Origin: Candidatus Heimdallarchaeum aukensis
Lineage (GTDB): Archaea > Asgardarchaeota > Heimdallarchaeia > Heimdallarchaeales > Heimdallarchaeaceae
Reading direction: 5' to 3'
Assembly (NCBI GenBank): GCA_021513695.1
Contig: CP084166.1
Span: 2,464,001-2,528,000 of the forward strand
Length of the DNA: 64,000 bases
The notes beneath the pieces are model-generated. The model searched no databases. It was not told where the DNA came from and saw only the letters and a list, made by a program, of their open reading frames with translations. This document shows positions 29,102 to 39,109 of this stretch, in pieces (within the stretch, counting starts at the first letter, position 1; each line of letters starts with the position of its first letter). The translations under genes were made by a program, and so were the position numbers.

Positions 29102-31888
29102 ATGTCAGTTCTTTATTATGAAAACCTGGAGGAAAAATTACCCGAAAAAGTAGTAGAATCAATTATGTGGTCTACTTTGCACGGTATTAAACCTTATTTA
29201 GAGTTTATTGATAGAATTGTCCGTTCTGCTATTGAAGAAAGAATTAGTATAGAAATAGAAAAGTATGATATAACTGAATTAATTTTAGAAGAGACAGAAA
29301 TTAACAAAAATATAGATAAAATTAATGAAGAAGTTATTGCGGATTATAAAGTATTACTGAAAGAAAAGAGATTAAGTAGGCAATTAAGAAAAGTTATTAA
29401 ATTAGTTGAAAAAGGTGTTGGTGTCTTATATCGCTTTGTTGAACCAAATAATGATATGGAATTGGAAAATTATGACCTAATCAAAGAACGTTTTTTGGAT
29501 GCTGATAAAGTTTTTCCACACAGAAAACTTGAATATCAGCATACTATTCGTGTTTTAGATACTTATCCTCCTCTTGATTTACTTGTGTTAAAAAAGAAGG
29601 ATATTAAAAAAAGCAAGCAGAAAATGAGAATATACCAAAGAGCAAATCTTTATCAGTATGGTGTAATAAAAGAATCGCTGGAACAACTATTAAACAGACC
29701 TTTAAAGCACAATAGAAATTTAATAAGATTATTTGAAAATGTCAAACATGTCCGTTTTGGTGATGTAATTCCTCACAAAATAAAAGAAGATGAGTGGTTA
29801 TTTCTTACGGATAAAAATCGTGTAGGAAGCCAAGATCAAAGAAAATTTGTTCAAATTGCCTTGGGGACGCCTGATCTGGCAATATTAGAAGGGCCTCCAG
29901 GTTCAGGAAAAACTACAACTATTTGTGAATTAATTTATCAAGGATTAAGACGTGGTTTAAAAATTCTATTGGTTGCATCAACTCATGTGGCTGTAGATAA
30001 TGTTTTAGAAAAATTAATGGATGAAAATTCTCCTATCTATGATGAAATAAAAAAAGTAGTCTTACCTGTTCGAATTGGAAAAACAGATAGAATATCTGAT
30101 CTAGCTACCATGTATCAAGTAGACACCTACTGGGAATCTGAAAAGGAGAAATTAAAAGATAAATTGCGTAAATTAAAAAATAAAACAGAATCTCAAAAAA
30201 TGCTGTTAGATCTATTAGATGATAAGGAAAAAGGCACATCTGATTATATGAAAAGAGTTTTCATAAAAGCTGCTAATTTAGTATGTGGAACAACAATAGG
30301 TATTCTTCGACATCCTGAAATAGAAAAAAGAAAAAAAGATAGAAAAATTACATCTACGAAACCTTATGACCTTCTTATTTTAGATGAAGCTAGTAAAACA
30401 ACCTTTCAAGAGTTTATTGTACCTGCTTTGTTAGCTAAGAAATATATTATAGTTGGGGATATTAGACAATTACCTCCTTATGTTGATGAGGATGGTATAA
30501 TTAGTAATATCCCCTCGATAACAGATTTAGAAAGCAAATTTGCTACATTGATTCATAATCTTAAAGAAGCTCAGAAGCGCAATTTATTCCCTGTTAAATG
30601 TATATTACAAATAAGTAATGACCTAAAAGATAATGATTTAGAAATAATTGAAAAGTTTACGATTAATAATGTACCATTTTATTATCTAAAAAAAGAGAAG
30701 AAAGTAGACTTATACAAACTTATGGGTTCCTCTTTGTTAATAGGAACGAAAGAAAATTTACAAAAACAAGAATCTCTGTTACCTTTAGGAATAAATTGTG
30801 TGTGCGAAGGAAACTCCTCTGCATTAGTTCCATTAAATGAATCTAAGACATTTGTAGATTTTACAATTTGGAAGAGAAAACATAATGCGATTTCATCTTT
30901 GAGGCAACCAATAAACTTACGATTTTACAATGATGAATCTTTAACTGAAGCAATAGGCTGGCGCTTAATAAGGGATTTTGAATTAAGATATGTTGATAAT
31001 GATAGATATTGGAAACAAATAGAAACATTTATCCCAGAGTACTGGGATGAAAAAAGAAAGAGAGATTTTATTAACAGACTATTTCAAATAAAGAGGTTAG
31101 CTTTTCCATCGATAATTGAATTATTGCAAAAAGGTTTCCAAAGAAGCAAAAAACAAAAAGAATTAGATATCGGTTTGATTATAACTGATGGATTACCTAA
31201 AAAAATATTACAAGAACGCCATGTTATATTAAAATATCAACAAAGGATGCATCCTGAGATATCTGCATTTCCTAGAAACAATTTTTATAATAATGAAGCA
31301 CTCCGTGATCTGCCTGAAATTGAGAAAAACAGAGTTTTTGAATATCCAAATTATAAAAATAGAACAATCTGGGTAGATGTTCGGTTAAACAAAGAAGAAC
31401 AAAAAGAAATGAAAAAAAATATGAATAGAAATAAAAAAGAGGCTAAAGTAATTATTGATGAGCTAAAAGATTTACTTGATTGGATGTCTAAAAATAGGAA
31501 ACGTGATGGAAAACCATGGATTATAGCTATTCTTCCGTTTTATAAAGGTCAAGAAAAACTAATTAGAAAAAAACTTCAATCTTATTTTAAAAGTAAACGA
31601 GTAAGAACATTTTATTGTATAGAAAAAAATGCAATAGTTGAGCTTTGTGCTGTTGATAGGTTCCAAGGGCATGAAGCTGATATTATTTTTCTATCTTTTG
31701 TAAGGAATCGTAGCACTGGTATTGGTTTTTTGGATACTCCAAATAGACTTAATGTTGCGCTAACAAGAGCTAAATATCAGTTGGTGATAGTAGGAGACAA
31801 ACAATACTTCGAAAAATTTCAAAAGAGATCAGAAATCTTGCAAAAACTTGCAGAAGAAACACCTCTAAAAGCAAAGTATAGGATCTGA
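29102..31888 (+). CDS. UPF1-like SF1 helicase (AAA_11/AAA_12, COG1112 type) with a 250-aa N-terminal region of unknown function; Mokosh MkoA-like
   Basis: Walker A ILEGPPGSGKTTTICELIYQG. Motif LLVASTHVAVDNVLEKL. Walker B LLILDEASKT. The C-terminal AAA_12 signature is VDRFQGHEADIIFLSFVRN...LNVALTRAKYQLVIVGD. Its start is 6 nt after the viperin stop. Confidence 0.8.
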   Translation: MSVLYYENLEEKLPEKVVESIMWSTLHGIKPYLEFIDRIVRSAIEERISIEIEKYDITELILEETEINKNIDKINEEVIADYKVLLKEKRLSRQLRKVIKLVEKGVGVLYRFVEPNNDMELENYDLIKERFLDADKVFPHRKLEYQHTIRVLDTYPPLDLLVLKKKDIKKSKQKMRIYQRANLYQYGVIKESLEQLLNRPLKHNRNLIRLFENVKHVRFGDVIPHKIKEDEWLFLTDKNRVGSQDQRKFVQIALGTPDLAILEGPPGSGKTTTICELIYQGLRRGLKILLVASTHVAVDNVLEKLMDENSPIYDEIKKVVLPVRIGKTDRISDLATMYQVDTYWESEKEKLKDKLRKLKNKTESQKMLLDLLDDKEKGTSDYMKRVFIKAANLVCGTTIGILRHPEIEKRKKDRKITSTKPYDLLILDEASKTTFQEFIVPALLAKKYIIVGDIRQLPPYVDEDGIISNIPSITDLESKFATLIHNLKEAQKRNLFPVKCILQISNDLKDNDLEIIEKFTINNVPFYYLKKEKKVDLYKLMGSSLLIGTKENLQKQESLLPLGINCVCEGNSSALVPLNESKTFVDFTIWKRKHNAISSLRQPINLRFYNDESLTEAIGWRLIRDFELRYVDNDRYWKQIETFIPEYWDEKRKRDFINRLFQIKRLAFPSIIELLQKGFQRSKKQKELDIGLIITDGLPKKILQERHVILKYQQRMHPEISAFPRNNFYNNEALRDLPEIEKNRVFEYPNYKNRTIWVDVRLNKEEQKEMKKNMNRNKKEAKVIIDELKDLLDWMSKNRKRDGKPWIIAILPFYKGQEKLIRKKLQSYFKSKRVRTFYCIEKNAIVELCAVDRFQGHEADIIFLSFVRNRSTGIGFLDTPNRLNVALTRAKYQLVIVGDKQYFEKFQKRSEILQKLAEETPLKAKYRI

Positions 31889-31892
31889 AATT

Positions 31893-32993
31893 ATGAAAAT
31901 ACTATTAAGAAAAAAAATATCTATAGAATCGTATTGTGTGCAAATGAGCGTTTTTGTTAGCGAAGAACGACCAGAAATAATCCCACTATTAAAAGGAGTG
32001 GAAGAAGCTGAGAAAAAAAGTGTTGAAACTGCAACTTATTTTGAAGAAAAACTTTTTCCCGGATTTTCTATGAAATTTGTTGAAAATATACTGGAAGAGT
32101 TACGTCTACTAGGATTAGTTGATAATGGACATAAATTAACACAGAAAGGAATAGAAACAATAGAAGAAGAAGATGTTACTGTACCAGATGAAGGAACTTT
32201 TGAAATACACGTTGTTAATGATGTTCTAATACCACAAGTTATTATTGATATCAAACCCCTTGAACCAAATTTATCAAGTGAACTAGCCATAAAAAGAAAG
32301 CAAGGTAAACAATCAAAATTAGAGTTACCTGAATTAATCTTAAAAACAAAGGGAAGCACATTTAACATTTTTGACGACAAAAGGCGTAAAGTTACAATTC
32401 ACGAAATACAAAAAGTAGGTTTAAAAAATAAAAATAATGAAAAATTAGACGTTGAATTAGCATTTGACGAAAAAAAATGGACACTCAAAGTTACTTTTAA
32501 TAAAGAAAAGTTTGATCTGCACTTACCACAATGGTTTAATCAAACTGATGTTGTTGATAAAGTACTTACGTTATTCTCAGCAAAGGCTGATTTAAAACAA
32601 TGGAGGTTACCGCAAGATCCGACTAAGCTAGAAAAAAAAGAAATTACTAGTTTTAATAAAAATTTCCAAAAAGATAATGTAAAACTTTCTTCATTAGGCA
32701 AATTTAACATAGTTAGACTAATTGGCGTTCCCATTTTTCCGGATAGTCAAAAAAGTGCAGAAAAATGGTCAAAGAAATTATTTATTGAAAAAAAACTTTC
32801 TAATTATATGACAACAAAAGATTTTGAGACTGAATGGCGACAAATGATCAAAGAATATAGTGGAAAGTTTGATAAGTTTGACCTACCACCTCCAAAAATT
32901 ATGGATTTGTTAGATGAGATAACTTATGCTTCACAAAAATATTGGTTTCTGCAAGCACCATTAGATATGAATATTGAGGAGTTTGTCATATGA
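31893..32993 (+). CDS. hypothetical protein (366 aa), possible N-terminal winged-helix; operonic between the helicase and the PLD nuclease
   Basis: The start is 4 nt after the helicase stop, and the stop overlaps the PLD start (ATGA). ILEELRLLGLVDNGHKLTQKG is wH-like. Confidence 0.45.
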   Translation: MKILLRKKISIESYCVQMSVFVSEERPEIIPLLKGVEEAEKKSVETATYFEEKLFPGFSMKFVENILEELRLLGLVDNGHKLTQKGIETIEEEDVTVPDEGTFEIHVVNDVLIPQVIIDIKPLEPNLSSELAIKRKQGKQSKLELPELILKTKGSTFNIFDDKRRKVTIHEIQKVGLKNKNNEKLDVELAFDEKKWTLKVTFNKEKFDLHLPQWFNQTDVVDKVLTLFSAKADLKQWRLPQDPTKLEKKEITSFNKNFQKDNVKLSSLGKFNIVRLIGVPIFPDSQKSAEKWSKKLFIEKKLSNYMTTKDFETEWRQMIKEYSGKFDKFDLPPPKIMDLLDEITYASQKYWFLQAPLDMNIEEFVI

Positions 32994-34522
32994 TTAAACA
33001 AAAAGAACAGACTAACACTTATTTAAATGATAAAGAAGTTCCATCGCATTGGAGAAGTTTAATAAAAGAACAACCTGTTTTTAAAGATACCAACAAAATT
33101 ATTCCAATAGATAAAAAAAATAATCGATTTCGTACTCTTTTATTGAACTCTATAAAAAACGCAAAACAAACGATTATGATGTGTTCTTTTATTCTTAGTG
33201 ATCCTGATATTATTGATTCGTTATTAAAAGCTTCAGAAAGGGGGGTTAGGTGTTATCTATTATTTTCTACAGAAGCTCAATTGTCAAAGGAATATAAAAA
33301 AGAACAATCAGAGTTTGATGAAAAGACCCTAGAAGAACATAAGCAGATGTTAGATAGACTTGCTGGAAAAATTTTAGCTAGAACGTGTGATCATTTACAT
33401 GCTAAATTTTTGTTAGTCGATTATGGCAATCCAGAACAGAAGGGTTTCATTTCAACTGCGAATTTTACAAAAGAAGCGCTTACAAGAAATCAGGAACTAG
33501 GTGTAATTCTTAGTGATTCTGAAATAAATTTTCTATTTAATTTCTTTGTATTAGGTTTTTGGGTCGAAAGTAAAAATGAACTAGTAAGAAAAAATAATTG
33601 GGACGCTGTTAAATTAATTAATCTTAAACCACTAAAAGGAAATAATCAAATTTTTTATACTACTAGTTCCAACCAAACCCTAAAAAACGAATTAGAAAAA
33701 ATAATCGAGAATGAAACAAAAGAATTAGTGGTCTCAAGTTATGGGTTTGATGATGAACATCCTATTGTAGAGTTACTAATAAATAAAGCACAAAATATTA
33801 ACTTGACCATAATTACAAGACCAAGAGAAAAAAATCATAAAGTCATAGAAAAATTTACAAATGCTGGAGCAAAGGTTGTTGCTTATGATTATCTACATGC
33901 AAAGTTTATTCTTTCGCCTTCAACAAATCAAGGAATAATTATGACTGCAAATTTAGAGAGTAAAGGTCTAGAAACTGGTTATGAGGTTGGTATTAAAATT
34001 ACAAGAAAATATTTTGATGAACTGTTAACAATCTCAAGAGTCTGGATCGATTCTGCACCATTAATTTGGTATAATAAGACTTCTATTAAAAATTTGGAAC
34101 CTGGTACAATCAAAATTCCTAAAGGGAAGGATTATGATACCATAGAAATTATTGATGAGTTTATAGATGAGCAAAAGATAGAGCCACAAGATTTGCATAA
34201 AATGGAGAAGTTATTAAAAGAAGAACCTAAATTAAAGAAAAATCTGGATAACAAACTTCCAAAAAAGATTATTGTTAAGAGAACAATTATTCCTCCAGTA
34301 CTTCCAAAGGATGCAGTAAAAGTAGAGTCTAAGCAACTATTTACTAGTAAGAAAAGTAGAAGAAGAGAAGCTGACGTAAAAGATAAGGAAATAAAGTTTC
34401 CCTTTGAAACTTATCGTTTAAAGAATATATATTATGTTGTTGTTAAGTCATTAAAAGATTTAGAAAAACTTAAGGAATTCCCTAAATTTAGACAAACTGT
34501 ACGTATTGTAACTAAAGGCTAA
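32990..34522 (+). CDS. phospholipase-D-family nuclease with two HKD motifs; Mokosh MkoB-like
   Basis: HKD motif 1 is DHLHAKFLLVDYGNPEQKGFISTANFT. HKD motif 2 is YLHAKFILSPSTNQGIIMTANLESKG. Confidence 0.75.
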   Translation: MIKQKEQTNTYLNDKEVPSHWRSLIKEQPVFKDTNKIIPIDKKNNRFRTLLLNSIKNAKQTIMMCSFILSDPDIIDSLLKASERGVRCYLLFSTEAQLSKEYKKEQSEFDEKTLEEHKQMLDRLAGKILARTCDHLHAKFLLVDYGNPEQKGFISTANFTKEALTRNQELGVILSDSEINFLFNFFVLGFWVESKNELVRKNNWDAVKLINLKPLKGNNQIFYTTSSNQTLKNELEKIIENETKELVVSSYGFDDEHPIVELLINKAQNINLTIITRPREKNHKVIEKFTNAGAKVVAYDYLHAKFILSPSTNQGIIMTANLESKGLETGYEVGIKITRKYFDELLTISRVWIDSAPLIWYNKTSIKNLEPGTIKIPKGKDYDTIEIIDEFIDEQKIEPQDLHKMEKLLKEEPKLKKNLDNKLPKKIIVKRTIIPPVLPKDAVKVESKQLFTSKKSRRREADVKDKEIKFPFETYRLKNIYYVVVKSLKDLEKLKEFPKFRQTVRIVTKG

Positions 34523-34568
34523 AACTGCAACTCAATAGATTTATAAATTGTAAAATGGAGCTAAAAAA

Positions 34569-35108
34569 GTGTCATACGATTTACTATATATTTCATTAAT
34601 GGGCTCATCAGAAAAAGCTGTAGCAAATTCAATATATGCTTCTTTAAAGAATTTAGTTAAAACTGATAAGAAAAATTGGGTTCTGGTGTTTGCAAAATCT
34701 AAATCAACACCAATAAATGGAGAAAGAATTGTTGAAATATTAGATGAGTATAAAAACACTTATACTAAAGCTAAATGGTACAACGCTCCTGTTGATTTTG
34801 ATGAGTTTGAAATTGAAGAATCCAACCTTCTTAAATCAATGGAACAGATAATAAATTATGTGGAAGAAACAGAAAAGAACTACTCTGACATCTTTATAGA
34901 TATAACACCAGGTAGAAAAGTAATGTCTGTTGCAGCCACTCTAGCCGCAATAAATCTCTGTAAATCATCAGAGTTCAATGATATCAAAATAATATACTAT
35001 TTGTTGAAAAATGTTGATGAACATAAAGATAAAGACGCACCTGAACTATATCCTGATGAGTACAAAGTGTCGAGTTGGTCTGTTAAAGATATAAGTAAAA
35101 GAATTTAG
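34569..35108 (+). CDS. standalone CARF-domain protein (179 aa)
   Basis: Core IFIDITPGRKVMSVAATLAAI is parallel to the Csa3-like HINITGGTKIMSSAGVIAG (the D/N-I-T-x-G-x-K signature). The N-terminal beta strand is LLYISLMGSS. There is no fused effector. Confidence 0.5.
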   Translation: MSYDLLYISLMGSSEKAVANSIYASLKNLVKTDKKNWVLVFAKSKSTPINGERIVEILDEYKNTYTKAKWYNAPVDFDEFEIEESNLLKSMEQIINYVEETEKNYSDIFIDITPGRKVMSVAATLAAINLCKSSEFNDIKIIYYLLKNVDEHKDKDAPELYPDEYKVSSWSVKDISKRI

Positions 35109-35118
35109 AGGAAAAAGA

Positions 35119-36219
35119 ATGTCTGAAAAGCCAGTAATTTTGGAGTTTAGTGAGTTTTTTGAGAGTTATTTGTCAGAAAAACCTTTCATTATTCGAGGTT
35201 GGGATGAAGATGAGAATCAAGAATTTAGAATTGAATATAATGAAGGTATTACAACATTTGATAAAAATTTAAAACCCTTAGATATAAAGAATTATCTCTT
35301 TAATATTGGTATCTTCCCTTCTGATGAAAAATGGTGGAGAGAAAAAGCATTTAAAAAATTGGAAAAACGATATAATGAAGCAATTGAAGAAGAAGAGGTT
35401 CCTGCTCTGGGTTTAGATACAAATATAATAATAAATGGCGTTTTTATCAACAGGTTAAGAGGATTATTAAAAAGGAAACTTAAATGGGAAAATCCTCTCC
35501 TTCTACTGTCTCTTGCTTCATCTCACGAGCTTCACTATGGAGCAGAATCAAAATATAATGACTCGTTTTATAACAAATCAAAATTGGACAATATATGGGA
35601 ATTTATTTTATCACTAGATTCTCAAACACAGGAACTAGCTAAGACTGTTTTTGGCACCTATAAACCTATAGAAAACAAAAACATTTTGAGTTCTTTACAT
35701 TGTAAAAGAGGAAGAATAGGGCTTATAGGTTCATATAACTATTATAAACATAAGAAACTACCAAATACTCTCATCATAAAATCGATTCATCCTTATAATG
35801 TTGCAAAGTTTGATTCAGATGGGCATAAATATAAAGGAATTGATGCAATTTACGACACTTTAATTGCTTATGAGTTCACTCAGTTTATGACCTTTACAAA
35901 TACAAAAGTAACGATTTTAACAATGGATAATTCTTTAGCAAGTTTATTACAAAATGCATCAGTGGATGTAGTTTATATACCACCTCCAAGTAAATTTCAA
36001 TTACCAAAAGAAATAATTATCCCTCAAAGAAATTGTTCTATCCTTCTGAGAGAACTATTAGTAAGATCTCCTTTTATCGTTATTGAGGATGAAAATAAAA
36101 AAATAGTATTATCAATGATTTGGATAGGACAAACAGATGAAGAAAAAGCAAAAGGAGTAATTCATGGAGTAGTGAAAGAAAAAAATAAAACTAGATATTT
36201 ATTAATAAAGAGCCAATAA
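35119..36219 (+). CDS. hypothetical protein with a possible PIN-like nuclease core
   Basis: ALGLDTNIIING is a PIN first-strand h-h-D-T-N-h-h motif. SSHELHY gives the downstream acidic residue and ILTMDNSLASLL the last (T-x-D). The spacing is longer than in a canonical PIN domain. Confidence 0.35.
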   Translation: MSEKPVILEFSEFFESYLSEKPFIIRGWDEDENQEFRIEYNEGITTFDKNLKPLDIKNYLFNIGIFPSDEKWWREKAFKKLEKRYNEAIEEEEVPALGLDTNIIINGVFINRLRGLLKRKLKWENPLLLLSLASSHELHYGAESKYNDSFYNKSKLDNIWEFILSLDSQTQELAKTVFGTYKPIENKNILSSLHCKRGRIGLIGSYNYYKHKKLPNTLIIKSIHPYNVAKFDSDGHKYKGIDAIYDTLIAYEFTQFMTFTNTKVTILTMDNSLASLLQNASVDVVYIPPPSKFQLPKEIIIPQRNCSILLRELLVRSPFIVIEDENKKIVLSMIWIGQTDEEKAKGVIHGVVKEKNKTRYLLIKSQ

Positions 36220-36305
36220 ATTCTTATCATCTTTTTGTAATTCGCTTAATTGCTTCTTAAGTATTGAATAGATAAATTAAAGCAAGCTGATGCTAAAATA
36301 TTTAA

Positions 36306-37127
36306 GTGAAAAACACTTTTACTGTTATGGAAAATTGCTCTCTTTCTTCTAAAGATATGATTAAATTATACCTAGAAGTTGAAAAGGTTGCACGGTTTTA
36401 TGGAAAAATAAGACTTGTAGTCAATGATAAATTAAAGGCTGATCTTAAGGGAGAAGAGAAGACGAATTGTGGGCAGTTTCCTGCAAATAGTAAAAAGTTC
36501 CAAAAGTATTGGGGACTATTTAAAGAATTAAATATGAATACAAAGAAAATAAACAAATCCTATAAAACAATTAGTATTCCTAAAGAAGAATATAATAATT
36601 TAAAGAATAACAATAATAAATTAAAATATCAACGTTTTAATGTTCTTCGAGACTATTTTGCAATAAAAAGAATTCAAACTCTTCCACCAGAAAAAAAAGA
36701 ACAAATAATAATTACACTAGGATATAGAGATATCTTGCCACCAAACGTAGAAATGAAAACTTCAAATGAAAACCTAATCAAAATAATTGAAAATACAGAA
36801 GATTATTTAATTTATTTTAATTTGGAATCAGAGTTTGCGTTTCGTATGATATTTAGACATTTTTTGTGTTCGTTTTTGTTTAATGAACTTAACCTTTTTC
36901 CTGATAAAGAGATTCATATTTTAAAAAGAAATAGTTTGAAAAGCAAAAATAAGAATAATAAAGCTATTTCTAATCGTCTAATTATTTATAAGAGTGACAA
37001 GAAAAACTTTGAACTTATTTCAGAAACTACTTATCAAAACTTATTGAAACTTGTGGATGATACACAACTACACCAAAAACTTATGAAAATTCATTTAGAT
37101 TTTGAAAGAAATAAAGAAGGAATATAG
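36306..37127 (+). CDS. hypothetical protein (273 aa)
   Basis: ORF with protein-like composition and no recognisable motif. Confidence 0.4.
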   Translation: MKNTFTVMENCSLSSKDMIKLYLEVEKVARFYGKIRLVVNDKLKADLKGEEKTNCGQFPANSKKFQKYWGLFKELNMNTKKINKSYKTISIPKEEYNNLKNNNNKLKYQRFNVLRDYFAIKRIQTLPPEKKEQIIITLGYRDILPPNVEMKTSNENLIKIIENTEDYLIYFNLESEFAFRMIFRHFLCSFLFNELNLFPDKEIHILKRNSLKSKNKNNKAISNRLIIYKSDKKNFELISETTYQNLLKLVDDTQLHQKLMKIHLDFERNKEGI

Positions 37128-37172
37128 GACTAAAGAAATTAGTTAACAAGTTTTTATCATTAGATAAAATCA

Positions 37173-37949
37173 TTAATAATCATTAATGCAAATATCTTTG
37201 ATTTTAAAATTCTCTTTGCCTTCTTTAATTGGATACAAAAACCACCAACGCTTTGACAGCTCTTTTTCAGATATATTCTCTATGAGATTCGAAATAAAGT
37301 AAGAAAATGACAAGTTCTCTATTTTGTAGATAGAATACACATCATTAAGTTTGTCTTGCATTTCTCTTTCTAGCCATAATTTAATAAATAGATTTTCACC
37401 CATGCAAATATGATTTACAAACCCTTGACTATTTTTTAATGCTGCAATAATGTGTCCTTGAATTAATCCTTCATTTAAACTATTAGATCCACTATAAGCG
37501 AAAATTCCATTAAACTTGCTTTTTCCAATTATTTTTCCATTAAAAGACGCATTATCCATAATTTCTTTAATGTTGCTATTGTTTACTTTTGTTTTGACTT
37601 CAATGATACCTTTAACATTATCTGGTGTTGTAATTACAAAATCTCCTTCTACAAATAACGCTGGATATGTATTATCGTATAGAATTATATCTATTTGTTT
37701 TGATATTTCAGTTCCGAAATTCTCACAATTATGTTTATAATTAATTATGAATCCTGTTCCTATGCTTATGTTAGAAGGCAAAAAACGTTTAATAACATTT
37801 TTTAATATAGCTTCCTTAAATCTTCCTTCTTCTCCCCAGTGTCTATTTCCTATAAGATTTCTTACTCTATTTTGAACAATTTTCAACTCTCTTGTAATAG
37901 AACTATGAAATTCTTTAGGGTTTATATCCCATCTATTCCTCTGATTCAT
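37173..37949 (-). CDS. hypothetical protein with a putative PD-(D/E)xK (restriction-endonuclease-fold) core
   Basis: QIDIILYDNTYPALFVEGDFVITTPDNVKGIIEVKTK follows the hhhD...hhE-h-K pattern. It lies downstream, on the same strand, of the helicase operon, but is separated from it by an IS6 insertion. Confidence 0.4.
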   Translation of the reverse strand: MNQRNRWDINPKEFHSSITRELKIVQNRVRNLIGNRHWGEEGRFKEAILKNVIKRFLPSNISIGTGFIINYKHNCENFGTEISKQIDIILYDNTYPALFVEGDFVITTPDNVKGIIEVKTKVNNSNIKEIMDNASFNGKIIGKSKFNGIFAYSGSNSLNEGLIQGHIIAALKNSQGFVNHICMGENLFIKLWLEREMQDKLNDVYSIYKIENLSFSYFISNLIENISEKELSKRWWFLYPIKEGKENFKIKDICINDY

Positions 37950-38346
37950 ATGATTTATTCTTTTTGATGTTGAGTATATATTATTTACTACGTGTAATGC
38001 TTTACTGCTTATTCTTCCTACATTGATAACAGATAAATAAGTGGTTATGAGAGCAAATGATGTAGAATGATTAATCTTAATCGTAGTCTAGTGAGACTAA
38101 GGAAAATGTAGTAAAAAACTTAGGAAGAAGAACAGGTAGATAACAAAGTGGATAGTTCACAAAAACACAGATCTATTGGTAAAAAATGAACTGTTAGGAC
38201 ATAAAAGAAAAAAAGATAAATTAAGTAATCCATGATGACGAAATAAAACGGTGATATTAAACATATTTAAAAAATATAATTTAAAGATATACAATAATGA
38301 TTCGATTCATGAATTCTCAAGCAAGAATAATAGTAATATATAAAGC

Positions 38347-39109
38347 GGTAGTGTCTAGTTTTTTTCCGACAAAAATATTTGTGGGGACTCTAATAGTAAG
38401 ATATGAAAACACAAAAACTATCTGCTCTTTTTAAGAGATGCAGAGTCCCCAAAAAAATAATAATAAAAGCTATTTATGAATATATTGGTTCAAAGAATGG
38501 TTTGAGGACAGTAGCATGGAAGAATGGTTTAACGCATCAAACATTATTGTATTGGGTAAAGAAGTTCAGGCTCTTTAGGGAAAGTTTACATAGAGTTGTA
38601 GCAGAGAGAGGGGGAATACCAGAGATTATAGTAGTAGATGAAACAGAGATTAGGACCTCTCAAGGCTCAATATATCTGTGGTTCGCGTTAGATCCTTACA
38701 ACAAGACTTTACTGGGTTTTAGTATTACTAAAGGACGGAGTAATCTTGAATGTTTACTAACTTTCCGTTATTGGCTCAAATGTTGGGGTTTTAAGCCTCG
38801 TATTGTCGTTACAGATGCAGGGGTATGGTATCCTGTCTTACTTCGTCTAGGTATCAAAATCTCCGTTATCAAAGGTGGTTTACGCTCCTATATTGAACGT
38901 TTTAATGCTACTCTTAAGAGTTATCGTTGGTTTCATTCTATTCTCCACTGCACTTGTCCTATCCGTGCCGTCTATGGCTCTACTCATCTTTCTGGTTTTC
39001 TTACTCTCTTTATGCTCCATTATAATTTCGTTCGTCCTCATCAGAGCTTGGGACATCCTCCCCTTAGTTCCTTTTTACCTAGGAGGTGGTATAAAAACTA
39101 GACACTACC
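38347..39109 (+). mobile_element. IS6-family insertion sequence (763 bp), copy 1, with 17-bp terminal inverted repeats and a 9-bp direct repeat
   Basis: Inverted repeats GGTAGTGTCTAGTTTTT at 38347 and AAAAACTAGACACTACC ending at 39109. It is flanked on both sides by ATATAAAGC, which looks like a target-site duplication. Confidence 0.85.
38403..39101 (+). CDS. IS6-family DDE transposase (232 aa)
   Basis: DDE triad in IIVVDETEI, RIVVTDAGVWYP and YIERFNATLK. Overall similarity to IS26-type transposases. Confidence 0.85.
   Translation: MKTQKLSALFKRCRVPKKIIIKAIYEYIGSKNGLRTVAWKNGLTHQTLLYWVKKFRLFRESLHRVVAERGGIPEIIVVDETEIRTSQGSIYLWFALDPYNKTLLGFSITKGRSNLECLLTFRYWLKCWGFKPRIVVTDAGVWYPVLLRLGIKISVIKGGLRSYIERFNATLKSYRWFHSILHCTCPIRAVYGSTHLSGFLTLFMLHYNFVRPHQSLGHPPLSSFLPRRWYKN

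Noticed and set aside
29102-31888. Considered calling the SF1 helicase an Nhi-type nuclease-helicase
   Set aside because: The 250-aa N-terminal region shows no PD-(D/E)xK or other nuclease motif. The separate downstream PLD gene makes the Mokosh-like two-gene reading more consistent.
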